From: Spirochaetales bacterium
Lineage (GTDB): Bacteria; Spirochaetota; Spirochaetia; UBA9216
NCBI GenBank assembly: GCA_016839055.1
Contig: JAEKNX010000014.1
Coordinates: forward strand, 68,051 to 132,050
DNA length: 64,000 nucleotides
Reading direction: 5' to 3'
The translations under genes and the position numbers were made by a program. A model generated the notes under the pieces. It was given only the letters and a program-made list of their open reading frames with translations. It did not search any database and had not been told where the DNA came from. Positions 29,395-39,562 of this stretch are shown here, in pieces; the first letter of the stretch is position 1; the number at the start of each line of letters is the position of its first letter.

Positions 29395-30012
29395 TCATCT
29401 TTTAAAACTCAGTGTAAGACCGTGGCCGACCGGCAGGATACAGCTGAACAGCCTCGGGTCACTGAAAACCATCCTGTTATATTCATCAGTGAATCTTCCG
29501 AGGTTTGGCCTAACCCCCGACTCAACGCTAAACAGGGTATCATCTGCTACAAGAAGACCGCCGGCTTTAAGAAGCCCCACGAGCTGTTCATGCATCTTCG
29601 GATAGAGATACTTCCCGCAGTCCTGAAATATGAGATCAAAGCCCGGCTCAAGTTTCGCGGTTTCTTCCTCAGCATCACCGAAGATTGCAGTGACCTGCTC
29701 TGAAAACCCTGCATTCTGTAAATTCAGCAAGGCTTCATGATGCAGTCTTTCTTTAGAGTCGATGGTCACAAGACTGCCCCCGTTCTCTTTCAGCGCATCC
29801 ATAAACCACAGGGCAGAGCAGCCGTTGCTGGTTCCAAGCTCCAGGACCCTCCGGGCGGATATAAGATGAACCAGAAAGGACAGAAACCGTCCCGTTTCAG
29901 GTTCAACCGACGGCTGAATATCTCCCCGTCCCGAATTTTCAGAAAACAGTTTTCCGGGTTCCGGATTCACTGCGGTTATAAATGTTCTCAAGTATTCAAG
30001 CTTATCATTCAT
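29395..30012 (-). CDS. SAM-dependent O-methyltransferase (Methyltransf_3 family)
   Basis: VLELGTSNGCS, FDLIFQD, GGLLVADD. Confidence 0.85.
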   Translation of the reverse strand: MNDKLEYLRTFITAVNPEPGKLFSENSGRGDIQPSVEPETGRFLSFLVHLISARRVLELGTSNGCSALWFMDALKENGGSLVTIDSKERLHHEALLNLQNAGFSEQVTAIFGDAEEETAKLEPGFDLIFQDCGKYLYPKMHEQLVGLLKAGGLLVADDTLFSVESGVRPNLGRFTDEYNRMVFSDPRLFSCILPVGHGLTLSFKR

Positions 30013-30102
30013 AATCAAATTCTATACAATAAGTAACACTTTGGAAATATCCGCGTGTTATAATATTGTAGAAATATCAAAAACAGTTTGGAGGAACATA
30101 CT

Positions 30103-30390
30103 ATGACGGACAGAGACGAAAAATATAAAATCGCCCGCAAAAGGGCAAAAGACAAACTCGATTTCCTGAGGCACCTGGTAACATATGTAATTGTTATTGC
30201 TTTTCTCGCTTTCATTAATAACCGCACCTGGGGAGGATATCAGTGGTGGCTATGGGCAGCACTCGGCTGGGGAATAGGTATTGTATCCCATTTCTTCCAG
30301 GTCTATGCTTTCAAGGGAAGCGCCTTTGAGGATCGAATGATTGAAAGGGAGCTTGAGAGAATGGACGACTCGGATAATTCAAAGTTATGA
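30103..30390 (+). CDS. 2TM domain protein
   Basis: FLRHLVTYVIV...WWLWAALGWGIGIVSH; GGAGG RBS. Confidence 0.8.
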   Translation: MTDRDEKYKIARKRAKDKLDFLRHLVTYVIVIAFLAFINNRTWGGYQWWLWAALGWGIGIVSHFFQVYAFKGSAFEDRMIERELERMDDSDNSKL

Positions 30391-31235
30391 GATTCTCTAT
30401 AGTCGGTGTTCTAAGCATACTCGGCCTTTTGATTGTACTTACGCTTATGGCCTTTGCTGTTTATACGCTCTTTTTTGACAAACCTTTCTATGAGGCTGAT
30501 TCCTATACTTCCGAATCATTCAGAACCGAAGAAGAATCCGGAACCATAGACTCAGACAGGAAGGTTGACAGACTGGAAATCAGAAACATCTCCGGCCGGA
30601 TTTCAGCTGTCGGTTGGGGCGACAACCAGGTCAGACTCGATTACCGGAAATTCGGCCCCGGTCAGCCCCCGGAGGTTGAGGTAGACTATCAGGGATCAAC
30701 GATGGTCATCAAGGCGGTTTACCCTAAAAAACTTGCAGCATTCGGCTCAATTGATTTTGAAATCAAGGTTCCCGACTCCGTCCGTTACATTGACGCGGGC
30801 TCAGTCAGCGGTTCAATCAGACTCTCGGAAATCGGAAATGATGTGGAGCAGAAACTGTCAACAACATCCGGCTCGGTAAAAACCGATTCCTCCGGCAATC
30901 TTGATATCTCCAGCGTGAGCGGCTCTCTGGAGTTCAGCTCAAGCGGCAGCCGAATTACAGCATCGACCACATCAGGGCGTATTGCAGGAGCACTAGAAGA
31001 AGACCATGGTTCAGGTAAGATAGAACTCAGTTCTGTCTCTGGACGGGTAGTTCTTGAAGTACCCGAAAACCTCAACGCTGATGTTGATCTGCATTCGGTA
31101 AGCGGTTCAGTATCGTCCGACCTCCCTGTTTCGGTAACGGAATCAAGAAAAAAATCATTAAGGGGAAGAATCGGCAGCGGCGGAACCATCATTGACATTG
31201 GAACTGTTTCCGGGTCTATAAAAATCAGGGAGTAA
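30387..31235 (+). CDS. DUF4097 family beta-strand repeat protein
   Basis: N-terminal TM, repeated SVSG/TTSG strands. Confidence 0.8.
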   Translation: MRFSIVGVLSILGLLIVLTLMAFAVYTLFFDKPFYEADSYTSESFRTEEESGTIDSDRKVDRLEIRNISGRISAVGWGDNQVRLDYRKFGPGQPPEVEVDYQGSTMVIKAVYPKKLAAFGSIDFEIKVPDSVRYIDAGSVSGSIRLSEIGNDVEQKLSTTSGSVKTDSSGNLDISSVSGSLEFSSSGSRITASTTSGRIAGALEEDHGSGKIELSSVSGRVVLEVPENLNADVDLHSVSGSVSSDLPVSVTESRKKSLRGRIGSGGTIIDIGTVSGSIKIRE

Positions 31236-31333
31236 CAGGATTAATACTCGGTGGCGGATGTGAGCGGGGGCAAAACAGGCCAGAGGCAGGCTCACGCAAT
31301 ATAAACATTCCTCAGACAGCAATAATTCCCTTT

Positions 31334-32251
31334 TTAAAGACCGAAACCTGTTCTGACAATAATCAGACAGCCCGATAGAAGTACTGCGGTTCCCGCCAGC
31401 TGAACAGGACTGAGCACCTCACCGAACATGAAAAAAGATATCACCGCAGTGAACAATGGTATGAGCAGACTCAGACCCGAGGTCAACGTAACCCCGAGCC
31501 CCTTCAGCGACTGGTAATAACAGGGATACGCGATACCAATACCAATAATCCCCGAGACGGTCAGGATTATCCAGGCTGACGATGGAACAAAGGTAGAGAG
31601 AATCCCCGGACCTTCTTCGAGGAACATGCTCACAAGGAAAAACGGGATAACGAGGGTAAACACCAGGCTTGAGGTGACCATTGACGGAGTATCGGGAAGC
31701 CAGAGTCTGATAAGCAGACTGAAGAAGGCCCATGCTAATGAGCTGATCAGGACGAAAAATATCCCGAAAGCAGAGCCCGCACCGACGGTTCCGGAGAAAA
31801 GAGAAGGAAGCGAAGTCAGGATGACACCGGCAACTGCAAGGGCAAGACCGGCAATAAATAAGGGCTGCCGGATGACTCTCCGTTCGCCCGGGATGAAGAT
31901 GAAGGCAAGTACTACCGCAAACATGATAGTGGACTCCTCCACTATCATGGCAAGACCCGGAAAGATTAGGTACACACCCTTGATGAGAAAAAACTGATGC
32001 GCGAAATTACAAAATGCTATCACAAGCAGCTTCGGCATAGCCCATTTAATCTTTTTAACTGATTCGACTACCCGTCTTCGCCCATAAATTGACAATGTAA
32101 AGATCCATAGAATCAGGATAGCGACGCCGAACCGATAAAAATTCTGAAAGGACACCGAGAACCAATCTCTTACCTGTCTTATCAAAAGCGGGCTTACAGC
32201 CCAGCAGAGCATTGAGCAGAAATTAAATAAAAAAGCTTTCTTCTTATCCAC
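31334..32251 (-). CDS. DMT/EamA family transporter
   Basis: About 10 TM helices, FMFGEVLSPVQLAG. Confidence 0.88.
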   Translation of the reverse strand: MDKKKAFLFNFCSMLCWAVSPLLIRQVRDWFSVSFQNFYRFGVAILILWIFTLSIYGRRRVVESVKKIKWAMPKLLVIAFCNFAHQFFLIKGVYLIFPGLAMIVEESTIMFAVVLAFIFIPGERRVIRQPLFIAGLALAVAGVILTSLPSLFSGTVGAGSAFGIFFVLISSLAWAFFSLLIRLWLPDTPSMVTSSLVFTLVIPFFLVSMFLEEGPGILSTFVPSSAWIILTVSGIIGIGIAYPCYYQSLKGLGVTLTSGLSLLIPLFTAVISFFMFGEVLSPVQLAGTAVLLSGCLIIVRTGFGL

Positions 32252-32332
32252 AATCCGACTCTATTCGTTTAAAATAGAATTTGCTATTACTATAATTAAA
32301 TATTAGACTGATAATAGAGTTGTGACAGAAAG

Positions 32333-33265
32333 ATGGTTTGCGTTAAGAAAAAATCCAAAAAGGGAGTACGGGTTATTTTCCCATTATTAATTATCGGAGT
32401 AATAGCCATAATAATATTATTAGCCGCCCCTTTTGTTGCCTCGGGACAGGTGGAAGCCGTTCCTGTATCATTTTATTTTGAACAGAATATAATTAACCAT
32501 CAGCATTACGCAGACAGCTGCAATATTTCAGTTATGACACTTAATATGGGCCATGGAAGAGGCACCGGAATCAACCAGCTGCTCCAGAGCAGGCGCAGGA
32601 TAACCTCCAATGCCGACAAGATTGCGGAAGTCATTATCAGGGAAGGAGTTCAGGTTACGGGACTTCAGGAAGTCGATGGTCCGGGATTCTGGAACGGGGG
32701 GCTTGATCTGATTGAGCACCTTGCGGAATACTCTGGTTACCCTCACGGCATCTGGACAAAAAACGTGGAAACACCCGCCCTTAGCTACGGAACAGCCCTC
32801 CTTGCAAGCCTGGCCTATTCACACGCCGAATCATACACCTTCAAAGCCAGGCCGATAGTCCTTCCAAAGGGATTCACAACCGGCATCTTCAGGGTCTCAA
32901 AAGAGTCAGACAAACACATCTGCATTGTATCGGTACATCTGGCTCCAGTACTCGGTATTATGAGGCAAAAGCAGGTTGAGACCCTCATCAGCACTCTTAA
33001 GGAAATGGATTATCCCATCATCATAATGGGAGATTTCAACTGCGGTTGGAAAAAAGGATCGGCGTTGAAATATCTTGCTGATCAGATGAATCTAAAAACC
33101 TGGCAACCGGAATCAGACGTTATGGGAACCCATTCCTCCGGACACCGTCGCCTGGACTGGATTCTAATCTCTGAAGATCTTGATTTTCTTAGTTATGAAG
33201 TGATAAATGACCGCCTCTCGGACCATCAGGCTGTAAAAGCCGTAATCCGATGCGGGATAGAATAG
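32333..33265 (+). CDS. Endonuclease/exonuclease/phosphatase family protein
   Basis: MTLN, LQEVD, VHL, MGDFN, LDWIL, SDHQAV. Confidence 0.88.
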   Translation: MVCVKKKSKKGVRVIFPLLIIGVIAIIILLAAPFVASGQVEAVPVSFYFEQNIINHQHYADSCNISVMTLNMGHGRGTGINQLLQSRRRITSNADKIAEVIIREGVQVTGLQEVDGPGFWNGGLDLIEHLAEYSGYPHGIWTKNVETPALSYGTALLASLAYSHAESYTFKARPIVLPKGFTTGIFRVSKESDKHICIVSVHLAPVLGIMRQKQVETLISTLKEMDYPIIIMGDFNCGWKKGSALKYLADQMNLKTWQPESDVMGTHSSGHRRLDWILISEDLDFLSYEVINDRLSDHQAVKAVIRCGIE

Positions 33266-33267
33266 AA

Positions 33268-33297
33268 GCCCTTGAAAAACCGAGGCTTTTCAAGGGC
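33268..33297. terminator. Hairpin between convergent genes
   Basis: GCCCTTGAAAA/TTTTCAAGGGC 11-bp inverted repeat. Confidence 0.7.
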
Positions 33298-33305
33298 CAT
33301 ACTAA

Positions 33306-33467
33306 TTAATCTTCGGCTGTGAAATCGTCTTTGGCCGCGCCGCAGAGCGGGCATACCCAGTCTTCCGGGAGATCAGCAAAAGCTGTTCCGGCATCAACAC
33401 CATTATCAGGGTCGCCTTCTTCGGGATCATATACGTACCCGCATACGTCACATACATATTTCTGCAT
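33306..33467 (-). CDS. Rubredoxin (53 aa, not in ORF track)
   Basis: [53 protein letters not shown]; AGGAGG RBS. Confidence 0.97.
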   Translation of the reverse strand: MQKYVCDVCGYVYDPEEGDPDNGVDAGTAFADLPEDWVCPLCGAAKDDFTAED

Positions 33468-33497
33468 AATTATCCTCCTATTTATTGGTTTTTATTA

Positions 33498-33875
33498 TTA
33501 AGCTTTCCATAGACCGTGAAGATTACAATATTCACGGGCTGTTACTTTATCATGATGTCCGCAGAGGAATTCTACAGAAGGTTCATCACCGGGTGACAGG
33601 AATTTCCTGCAACTCTTACCGTCAAAATCAAGCTCTATCCATTCAATGAAATGCTCATCAAGCATCGGATGAAGAGTACTTCCGACAGTCACCTTGTAAC
33701 CTCCGCTAATCTTATCAATAACAGGAACATGCTTTTCTGTAGCCGAGTCAGCTGTTTTTTCGGATAGAGCTTCCATCGGCTGTCCACAGCATACTAATTC
33801 ACCTTCGGCGCCATGAACCACTTCAACAACATTTCCGCAGAGATTACATTTATAAATAACTTTGTTTTTTGTCAT
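33498..33875 (-). CDS. dfx: Desulfoferrodoxin (2Fe superoxide reductase)
   Basis: CNLCGN...CCG, EKHVP, HPM, HFIEWI, CNLHGLW. Confidence 0.95.
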   Translation of the reverse strand: MTKNKVIYKCNLCGNVVEVVHGAEGELVCCGQPMEALSEKTADSATEKHVPVIDKISGGYKVTVGSTLHPMLDEHFIEWIELDFDGKSCRKFLSPGDEPSVEFLCGHHDKVTAREYCNLHGLWKA

Positions 33876-33885
33876 TTTATTCTCC

Positions 33886-34461
33886 TTACCAGTTTTCACT
33901 TAATATTTCAAAATAAGCCTGAGGATGCAGACATGCCGGACATAATTCCGGGGCTTCCGTACCCTCATGCAAATAACCGCAATTCAAACAGCGCCAGACA
34001 ACTTTTTCAGATTTCTTAAAAACGGTTCCGGATGCAAGGTTTGCAAGCAGACCGACGTAACGCGCTTCATGCTGCTTCTCGGCTACTCCGATTGACTCAT
34101 ACATTTTTGCAACGGCGTCAAAACCTTCACTCGCGGCTATTCTCGCAAACTCAGGGTAAAGCTCCGTCCACTCCTCATGTTCTCCGCCGGCTGCCGCCTT
34201 CAGATTCTCTGCGGTAGTTCCAATCTTTCCAGCCGGATACATTGCGGTAATCTCAACGCCGCCGCCCTCGAGAAACTTGAACATTCGCTCAGCATGTTCT
34301 TTTTCCTGATTCGCTGTTTCTTCAAATATCTGCGATACCTGAACAAACCCTTCCTTCTTTGCCGCACTTGCAAAAAAAGTGTATCTGTTTCTTGCCTGAG
34401 ACTCACCAGCAAAGGATTTAAGCAGATTCTTTTCAGTCTCTGTTCCTTTTATACTTTTCAT
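33886..34461 (-). CDS. rbr: Rubrerythrin
   Basis: [28 protein letters not shown]...CPAC. Confidence 0.96.
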   Translation of the reverse strand: MKSIKGTETEKNLLKSFAGESQARNRYTFFASAAKKEGFVQVSQIFEETANQEKEHAERMFKFLEGGGVEITAMYPAGKIGTTAENLKAAAGGEHEEWTELYPEFARIAASEGFDAVAKMYESIGVAEKQHEARYVGLLANLASGTVFKKSEKVVWRCLNCGYLHEGTEAPELCPACLHPQAYFEILSENW

Positions 34462-34470
34462 GAAAGACTC

Positions 34471-35316
34471 CTATAATAAGATTTCTTTTTCTAATTCAGA
34501 ATAAGACAGATCAGGATGGATGCCTATCCTCGACATACTAAAATCATACTTCACTGGATCTGCTTTGTCAATTAATTTAAGATTTGACGTTATCTGTTTT
34601 ACCGTTTTCATATCGGCGATCTTTCTTTCAGTCAGGCCCAGAAAACTGCTCACCCTCATAACATGGGTATCAAGGGGAACCAGAAGAAGCCCAGGATCAA
34701 GCTCCCACATGCCGGGGTCAATACAGTCCTTACGCACAACCCACCGAAGAAAGAGGTTCATCCGCTTGCAGGCGCTTCCGCCCCCGGGATTTGGGACAAC
34801 ATTCCGATGCCCCGGACCGATTCCAGTCTCAGTTAAATCACGGCCGTCGTTGATTGCCTCTGCAATCCCTGACAGCCCTGCGATGATATAATCCTGTCCA
34901 AGATCTCTGATTGCCTTGGCCTTTGTCTTGAAACAATTCTCAATGCTTCCGTTTTCGATGTAAATTCTTCTCAGGCCTATAAGAAATCTCGATATATCAT
35001 CCGGAGAATAGAATCTGTATTTAAAATCTCTGAAATCACCGGCTATTTCTTTTTCACTCCGGCGGCAGAGCCCATCAAGGGGAGACCCCAGCCGCCCGAA
35101 GAGACTCTCGAGAAACGAAATTATCTGATTTACCCGGCCAAGAGCGAAAGAGGAGGCAATAAAGGCTGCGGCTTCAATATCAAGAGGCAGCTCATACCTG
35201 CGCGGAAAGATCAGCGGGTCGGGATTGATATATTCAGGTTTATGATATTTCCGGTAAAAACCCTCGAGAATGGTTCCAGCCTGCCCGGTAGATAAAGGCT
35301 TTGTACTTTCTGTCAT
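34471..35316 (-). CDS. TIGR02757/DUF2400 family protein
   Basis: SACKRMNLFLRWVVR, PLDTHV, DPVKYDF. Confidence 0.88.
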   Translation of the reverse strand: MTESTKPLSTGQAGTILEGFYRKYHKPEYINPDPLIFPRRYELPLDIEAAAFIASSFALGRVNQIISFLESLFGRLGSPLDGLCRRSEKEIAGDFRDFKYRFYSPDDISRFLIGLRRIYIENGSIENCFKTKAKAIRDLGQDYIIAGLSGIAEAINDGRDLTETGIGPGHRNVVPNPGGGSACKRMNLFLRWVVRKDCIDPGMWELDPGLLLVPLDTHVMRVSSFLGLTERKIADMKTVKQITSNLKLIDKADPVKYDFSMSRIGIHPDLSYSELEKEILL

Positions 35317-35333
35317 ATGAAAAGATACGGAAT

Positions 35334-36659
35334 CTATACCGGGAATTCAAGCAATATATGTTTCTTTTTATATGTTATTTTACAGTCAAGCTGCCGGCAG
35401 AATCCTTCAATCAACTTAAGTCCTGTTTTACCGTTTTCGGCTCCCAGGACAGCCTTGTTCTCACCATCACTGTAGCGGGCAGAAACAATCCCATCATGTT
35501 TTGTCACAATGAGGCTGATGATGGATGTGTCCCCCGTAATGGCGTACTTAAAACTGTTTGTCAAAAGCTCACTGATTATCATGCCGAGAGGCAGAACCTT
35601 CCCGGCCTCAAGCGAGAACTCGTCAACAATCACTTTTGCTCTTATCATCGCGGGCTCGGGGGTCATTGCGGTAATATTTTTCCAGACCAGCTTCTCAAGA
35701 TACTTATTAAGCGGGATATTATTACAGCCGTTGTTATCAGAGAGCTGCTCATGAAGTTCGCCGATGGCATCAATCCGGTTTTTAAGTCCCCGGATTTTAT
35801 CGGTAACATCACTATCTTTAATACTGGAGAAGGTTAAATCTATCAAGCTTGAGATCATAAACAGACTGTTTTTTATCCGGTGGTTTGCTTCCTGAATACA
35901 GTAATTTTCTTTTCTGTTGTCCCCGCGCTTTGGGCTTGCCGCGCGGCCTAACTCAGATATCGGACAAAAACCTTCTGTAGACCGCGCCCCGGCATCTTCA
36001 ATGGACGAGGGAAGGTCGATAACCGAGAAATCCGACAAGTAGAGGCCACAACATTCACCTGTCCGTTGACAGAGGCCGTAGACTGCGGCATTTGTACCCT
36101 CCTCCCGTTTTCGGCTGGTAAAGAACTCCTGCGGTTTAAAGAGCGTGCTGCAGCTCTCGCCGGTAAATTTGTGATTATAATTTATTTTAACTTGCGCATG
36201 ATCAATCCAGGCAGCTGCCATCTTGTCAAAATTATCATTATATCCTCTTGAATATCTTTTTTCATCTATTTCGAGCGATTCAGCGCTCTGGAGCAGGCTC
36301 TCATGAAGTACCGGGGCGGTATTGCGGTAGGAAGCTGATATCTTTCTAATAAACGATGCGGCATGCGGACTCTTGATATTGAGCTCCTGCTCATAAAGCT
36401 TAAGAAGAAAAAGAATGAAGGTTCCCTCATAAATATCGAAACCGGGGATCGTTCCGAGAATTTCAGTTTCCTCAAGCCCAATCCGGCTATCTCTTTCCCA
36501 TATTGGCAGGCTCAGGCTGAGTTGATCGATATATCTGCCGACCGTGGAACGATGAATACCCATTCTTCTGGCAATTTCTGCTCTTCTTAGCCCTTCGGGG
36601 TGAGCCTCAAGCATTGCCGTTAGCTGATTCATTCTGCCATCTTTATTTTTAATTGCCAT
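35334..36659 (-). CDS. Chimeric wHTH + WYL-like + HisKA_2/HATPase protein
   Basis: HPEGLRRAEIARRMGIHRSTVGRYI; AWIDHAQVKINY...FKPQEF...VYGLC; EANHRIKN; SELLTNSFKYA. Confidence 0.7.
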   Translation of the reverse strand: MAIKNKDGRMNQLTAMLEAHPEGLRRAEIARRMGIHRSTVGRYIDQLSLSLPIWERDSRIGLEETEILGTIPGFDIYEGTFILFLLKLYEQELNIKSPHAASFIRKISASYRNTAPVLHESLLQSAESLEIDEKRYSRGYNDNFDKMAAAWIDHAQVKINYNHKFTGESCSTLFKPQEFFTSRKREEGTNAAVYGLCQRTGECCGLYLSDFSVIDLPSSIEDAGARSTEGFCPISELGRAASPKRGDNRKENYCIQEANHRIKNSLFMISSLIDLTFSSIKDSDVTDKIRGLKNRIDAIGELHEQLSDNNGCNNIPLNKYLEKLVWKNITAMTPEPAMIRAKVIVDEFSLEAGKVLPLGMIISELLTNSFKYAITGDTSIISLIVTKHDGIVSARYSDGENKAVLGAENGKTGLKLIEGFCRQLDCKITYKKKHILLEFPV

Positions 36660-36683
36660 AATTTTGATATATCTTACAGCCTA

Positions 36684-36706
36684 TCTGTTGCATAAGCTGC
36701 AACAGA
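36684..36706. promoter_or_regulatory. Palindromic operator upstream of WYL-kinase gene
   Basis: TCTGTTGCA-N5-TGCAACAGA perfect 9-bp inverted repeat 24 bp upstream of the start. Confidence 0.65.
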
Positions 36707-36737
36707 AATCTTATTTTTTATATATATCCGAAAAAAA

Positions 36738-37196
36738 TCATACCTTCTGTAAGAATACCTGTAGTTTCACAGGTTCAATCCGGAACGGGCTGCCCTTTCC
36801 CTGAAAAAAACAATGATCCCGAATCAGGTGAATACCAAGATCCGTATACAAAAACTCCTCGCCTGTTTCCGCATTCCTGACTGTTATTACGGTCTTTCTA
36901 AACAAGCCGGGGTGAGAGAAGGGACATGGAAGCTTGCCTCTAATTGAATCGGCCTTTGCTTCATATCCGGCCTTCAGACTAATAAAATCCCCGAGGCCCC
37001 CGAGCGCTTTCTCCATAATCTCCTGGAGTTTATCGGCAACTTCATCCGGAATCATGCCGAGTTTTTCCAGTTCGGCCGCGTCATGCTCAATGATCTGCTC
37101 AATATCTCTCTTGTCATCTCCAAGAAATCCGTGAAGAGAGATTACACCGGGTCTCATATTATTCACAACCTTCTTCATTGCAGGGTTTTCTTTCAT
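36738..37196 (-). CDS. Conserved hypothetical protein at end of nqr-like operon
   Basis: GGAGG RBS before ATG 37196; GFLGDD, RGKLPCPFSH, HLIRDHCFFQG motifs. Confidence 0.7.
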   Translation of the reverse strand: MKENPAMKKVVNNMRPGVISLHGFLGDDKRDIEQIIEHDAAELEKLGMIPDEVADKLQEIMEKALGGLGDFISLKAGYEAKADSIRGKLPCPFSHPGLFRKTVITVRNAETGEEFLYTDLGIHLIRDHCFFQGKGSPFRIEPVKLQVFLQKV

Positions 37197-37256
37197 TCTT
37201 TCCTCCAAGTAAATAGCCGCCCAGGATGGGCGGTGTATAGAGCCCACCCGCCGCGC

Positions 37257-38366
37257 TCAGGCGAATTTATCATAAAAAATCAGTTCTCCAGGTACACCTT
37301 TTTCCGTTAGAACCTTAATGCAGGCGTCTATCATACCGGGACTACCGCAGAGATAGGCTTCAACATTATCACCCGACTCAAGATGTCGTGCTACAGCATC
37401 GGTTACCCAGCCGGTTTCGCCGTCCCAGTCTTCACCCTCATCCGGATTCGAGAGAACAGGTATGTATTTATAATTGGGCAGCCTCTTGGTAATCTCGGCC
37501 ATCTCTTCAGGTAGAACCAGATCTCGGCGGCTCCTGGCCCCGTAGAAATAGCTTACCTTTCTTCTGTTTCCCTTCTCTGCCATATCCAGGAGAATTGATT
37601 TAATAGGTGCATTACCCGAGCCGCCGGCTATGCAGACTATATCCCGCTCGGTATCGCGGAGATGAAAATCACCATAGGGGCCGTTAATAGTTACAGTATC
37701 CCCTTCTTTCAAATACTGATGAATCCAGGTTGTGCAGATTCCTTCAGGAACAAGCCGAATCTCAAGCTCAACAACATCGGTCTCTGAAGGTACAGACGAT
37801 ACCGAATAAGCCCTGAACACCTGCTCGTCGCTCAGTTTGTATTCGGGAGTCAGAATCTGTACAAACTGCCCGGCTTTAAACTCGATAATCTCCGGCTTGA
37901 TGAGCTTCAGCCTGAGCTCCTTGATATCATAGGTAAGATCCTTGAGACTCTCAACCTTCGCGGAAAACTGCTTTACACTGAAAAGTTCCTCAGGAATGAG
38001 GATCTCCATATCGTTCTTAACCTTAACCTGACAGGAAAGCCTGACATTCCGGGCCTGCTCCTCTTTACTGATCCAGGGAAGCTCGGTAGGCAGATACTGC
38101 CCCGCACCGGACTCGATCCTCAGCTTACACAGCCCGCATGAGCCTCGCCCGCCGCAGGCTGACGGAATGAAGATTTCCTCTTCCATCAGCGTCGACAGCA
38201 GCGAGCGGCCGCCCTTTACCGTGAGTTCCTTCTTGCCGTTTATAGTAATCTTGCACTCGCCGTAATTCGCTATGAAGGCATCGGCCACAACAAGGATTAT
38301 CGCGAGGAATACCGTCAGCGCGGTTATTGCTCCAATGCTTATTAATAAAGTTGATATTGAAAACAC
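37257..38366 (-). CDS. nqrF: NqrF-like NADH-oxidising [2Fe-2S]/FAD subunit
   Basis: N-terminal TM, SACGGRGSCGLC, RLSCQ, RAYS, GGSG, CGSPGM, DKFA. Confidence 0.88.
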   Translation of the reverse strand: MFSISTLLISIGAITALTVFLAIILVVADAFIANYGECKITINGKKELTVKGGRSLLSTLMEEEIFIPSACGGRGSCGLCKLRIESGAGQYLPTELPWISKEEQARNVRLSCQVKVKNDMEILIPEELFSVKQFSAKVESLKDLTYDIKELRLKLIKPEIIEFKAGQFVQILTPEYKLSDEQVFRAYSVSSVPSETDVVELEIRLVPEGICTTWIHQYLKEGDTVTINGPYGDFHLRDTERDIVCIAGGSGNAPIKSILLDMAEKGNRRKVSYFYGARSRRDLVLPEEMAEITKRLPNYKYIPVLSNPDEGEDWDGETGWVTDAVARHLESGDNVEAYLCGSPGMIDACIKVLTEKGVPGELIFYDKFA

Positions 38367-38375
38367 CGAAGCCTC

Positions 38376-38969
38376 CTAACTGATGTTAATCATGCCGGAA
38401 AAGCCCATGAAAGCAAGGGCCATCATTCCCGCAATTATAAGGGTGATTCCGGGACCTTCCAGACCCTTCGGTATACTGGCACCGGCTATCTTCTTTCGGA
38501 TCCCGGCCATCGCGAGGATGGCCAGAAACCAGCCTACACCGCTGCCGAGTCCGTAAAAAAATGAGGAAACAAGGCTGTAATTCCTTATAACCATGAAAAG
38601 ACTCACTCCGAGAATAGCACAGTTGACGGTTATAAGCGGAAGGAAAATCCCAAGCGCCGCATACAACCCTTCGCTGACCCGCTCTATTATCATCTCTACC
38701 AGCTGGACAAAGGCCGCAATCACAACGATGAACACTATAAAACGGAGATATTCAAGGTGAAGCGGAATCAGCAGGTAATGGTAGACAATCCAGTTAAGTA
38801 GGGTCGTAACCGCCATTACGAAGATAACCGCTGCCCCGAGGCCGGTTGAAGTCTTTATTTCCTTCGAGACCGAAAGAAATGAACACATTCCCAGATAATT
38901 TGAAAGAAGGATGTTCCCGGTAAATATTGCCCCGAAAAATATCGCGGCGGGCATCATATCAGCGTTCAT
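38376..38969 (-). CDS. nqrE: NqrE/RnfA family membrane subunit
   Basis: LGMCSF, LGIFLPLITVNCAILG. Confidence 0.88.
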   Translation of the reverse strand: MNADMMPAAIFFGAIFTGNILLSNYLGMCSFLSVSKEIKTSTGLGAAVIFVMAVTTLLNWIVYHYLLIPLHLEYLRFIVFIVVIAAFVQLVEMIIERVSEGLYAALGIFLPLITVNCAILGVSLFMVIRNYSLVSSFFYGLGSGVGWFLAILAMAGIRKKIAGASIPKGLEGPGITLIIAGMMALAFMGFSGMINIS

Positions 38970-39562
38970 TCGGCCATCCTCCCTTTAACTATCCAGATAA
39001 AAATCGCCAGCATGAAGAAGGCCCCCGGAGGCATTATCATAATTGCCCAGTTACTCCACCAGTCTCCGAATACGGAAAATCCCCATATTGTTCCAGAACC
39101 CAGCAGCTCACGGAAGAAGGCAATTATTATTAGCACATAAGCATAGCCGATACCTGAGGACAGGCCGTCAATAAGGCTCAGTCCCGGCGGATTACTGGCT
39201 GCGAATGCTTCCATACGTCCCATGACTATACAGTTTGTAATTATAAGCCCGACATAGGGGCCAAGCTGCTGCCAGATATCCGGCATGTATGCCTTGAGCA
39301 CAATATCAACAATAATTACAAAGGTCGCGATTATCAGTGTTTCAACCATCATCCTAATTCGCGCAGGAATTACCTTCCTTAAAATAGAAAAGGTGAAGGA
39401 TGACAGGGTTGTTGTAAATATTACTCCAAGTGTCATCACTATCGTGTTCTCAAGCTTGTTCGTAACCGCGAGGGTTGAACAGATTCCGAGAATCTGTACG
39501 AAAACCGGATTTTCTTTTCCAAGAGGAGTTATAAATGTTTTTACTATCTTTCCCGAAGCCAT
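38966..39562 (-). CDS. nqrD: NqrD/RnfE family membrane subunit
   Basis: LGICSTLAVT, VGLIITNCIVMGR. Confidence 0.88.
   Translation of the reverse strand: MASGKIVKTFITPLGKENPVFVQILGICSTLAVTNKLENTIVMTLGVIFTTTLSSFTFSILRKVIPARIRMMVETLIIATFVIIVDIVLKAYMPDIWQQLGPYVGLIITNCIVMGRMEAFAASNPPGLSLIDGLSSGIGYAYVLIIIAFFRELLGSGTIWGFSVFGDWWSNWAIMIMPPGAFFMLAIFIWIVKGRMAE

Noticed and set aside
30780-31230. Repeated SVSG/TTSG motifs
   Set aside because: Explained by the known DUF4097 beta-strand repeat.
33319-33501. 60-aa plus-strand ORF
   Set aside because: Antisense shadow of rubredoxin.
35334-36659. CRISPR or defence island suggested by the WYL-type N-terminus
   Set aside because: No cas genes, repeat-spacer array or recognisable defence genes in the window.
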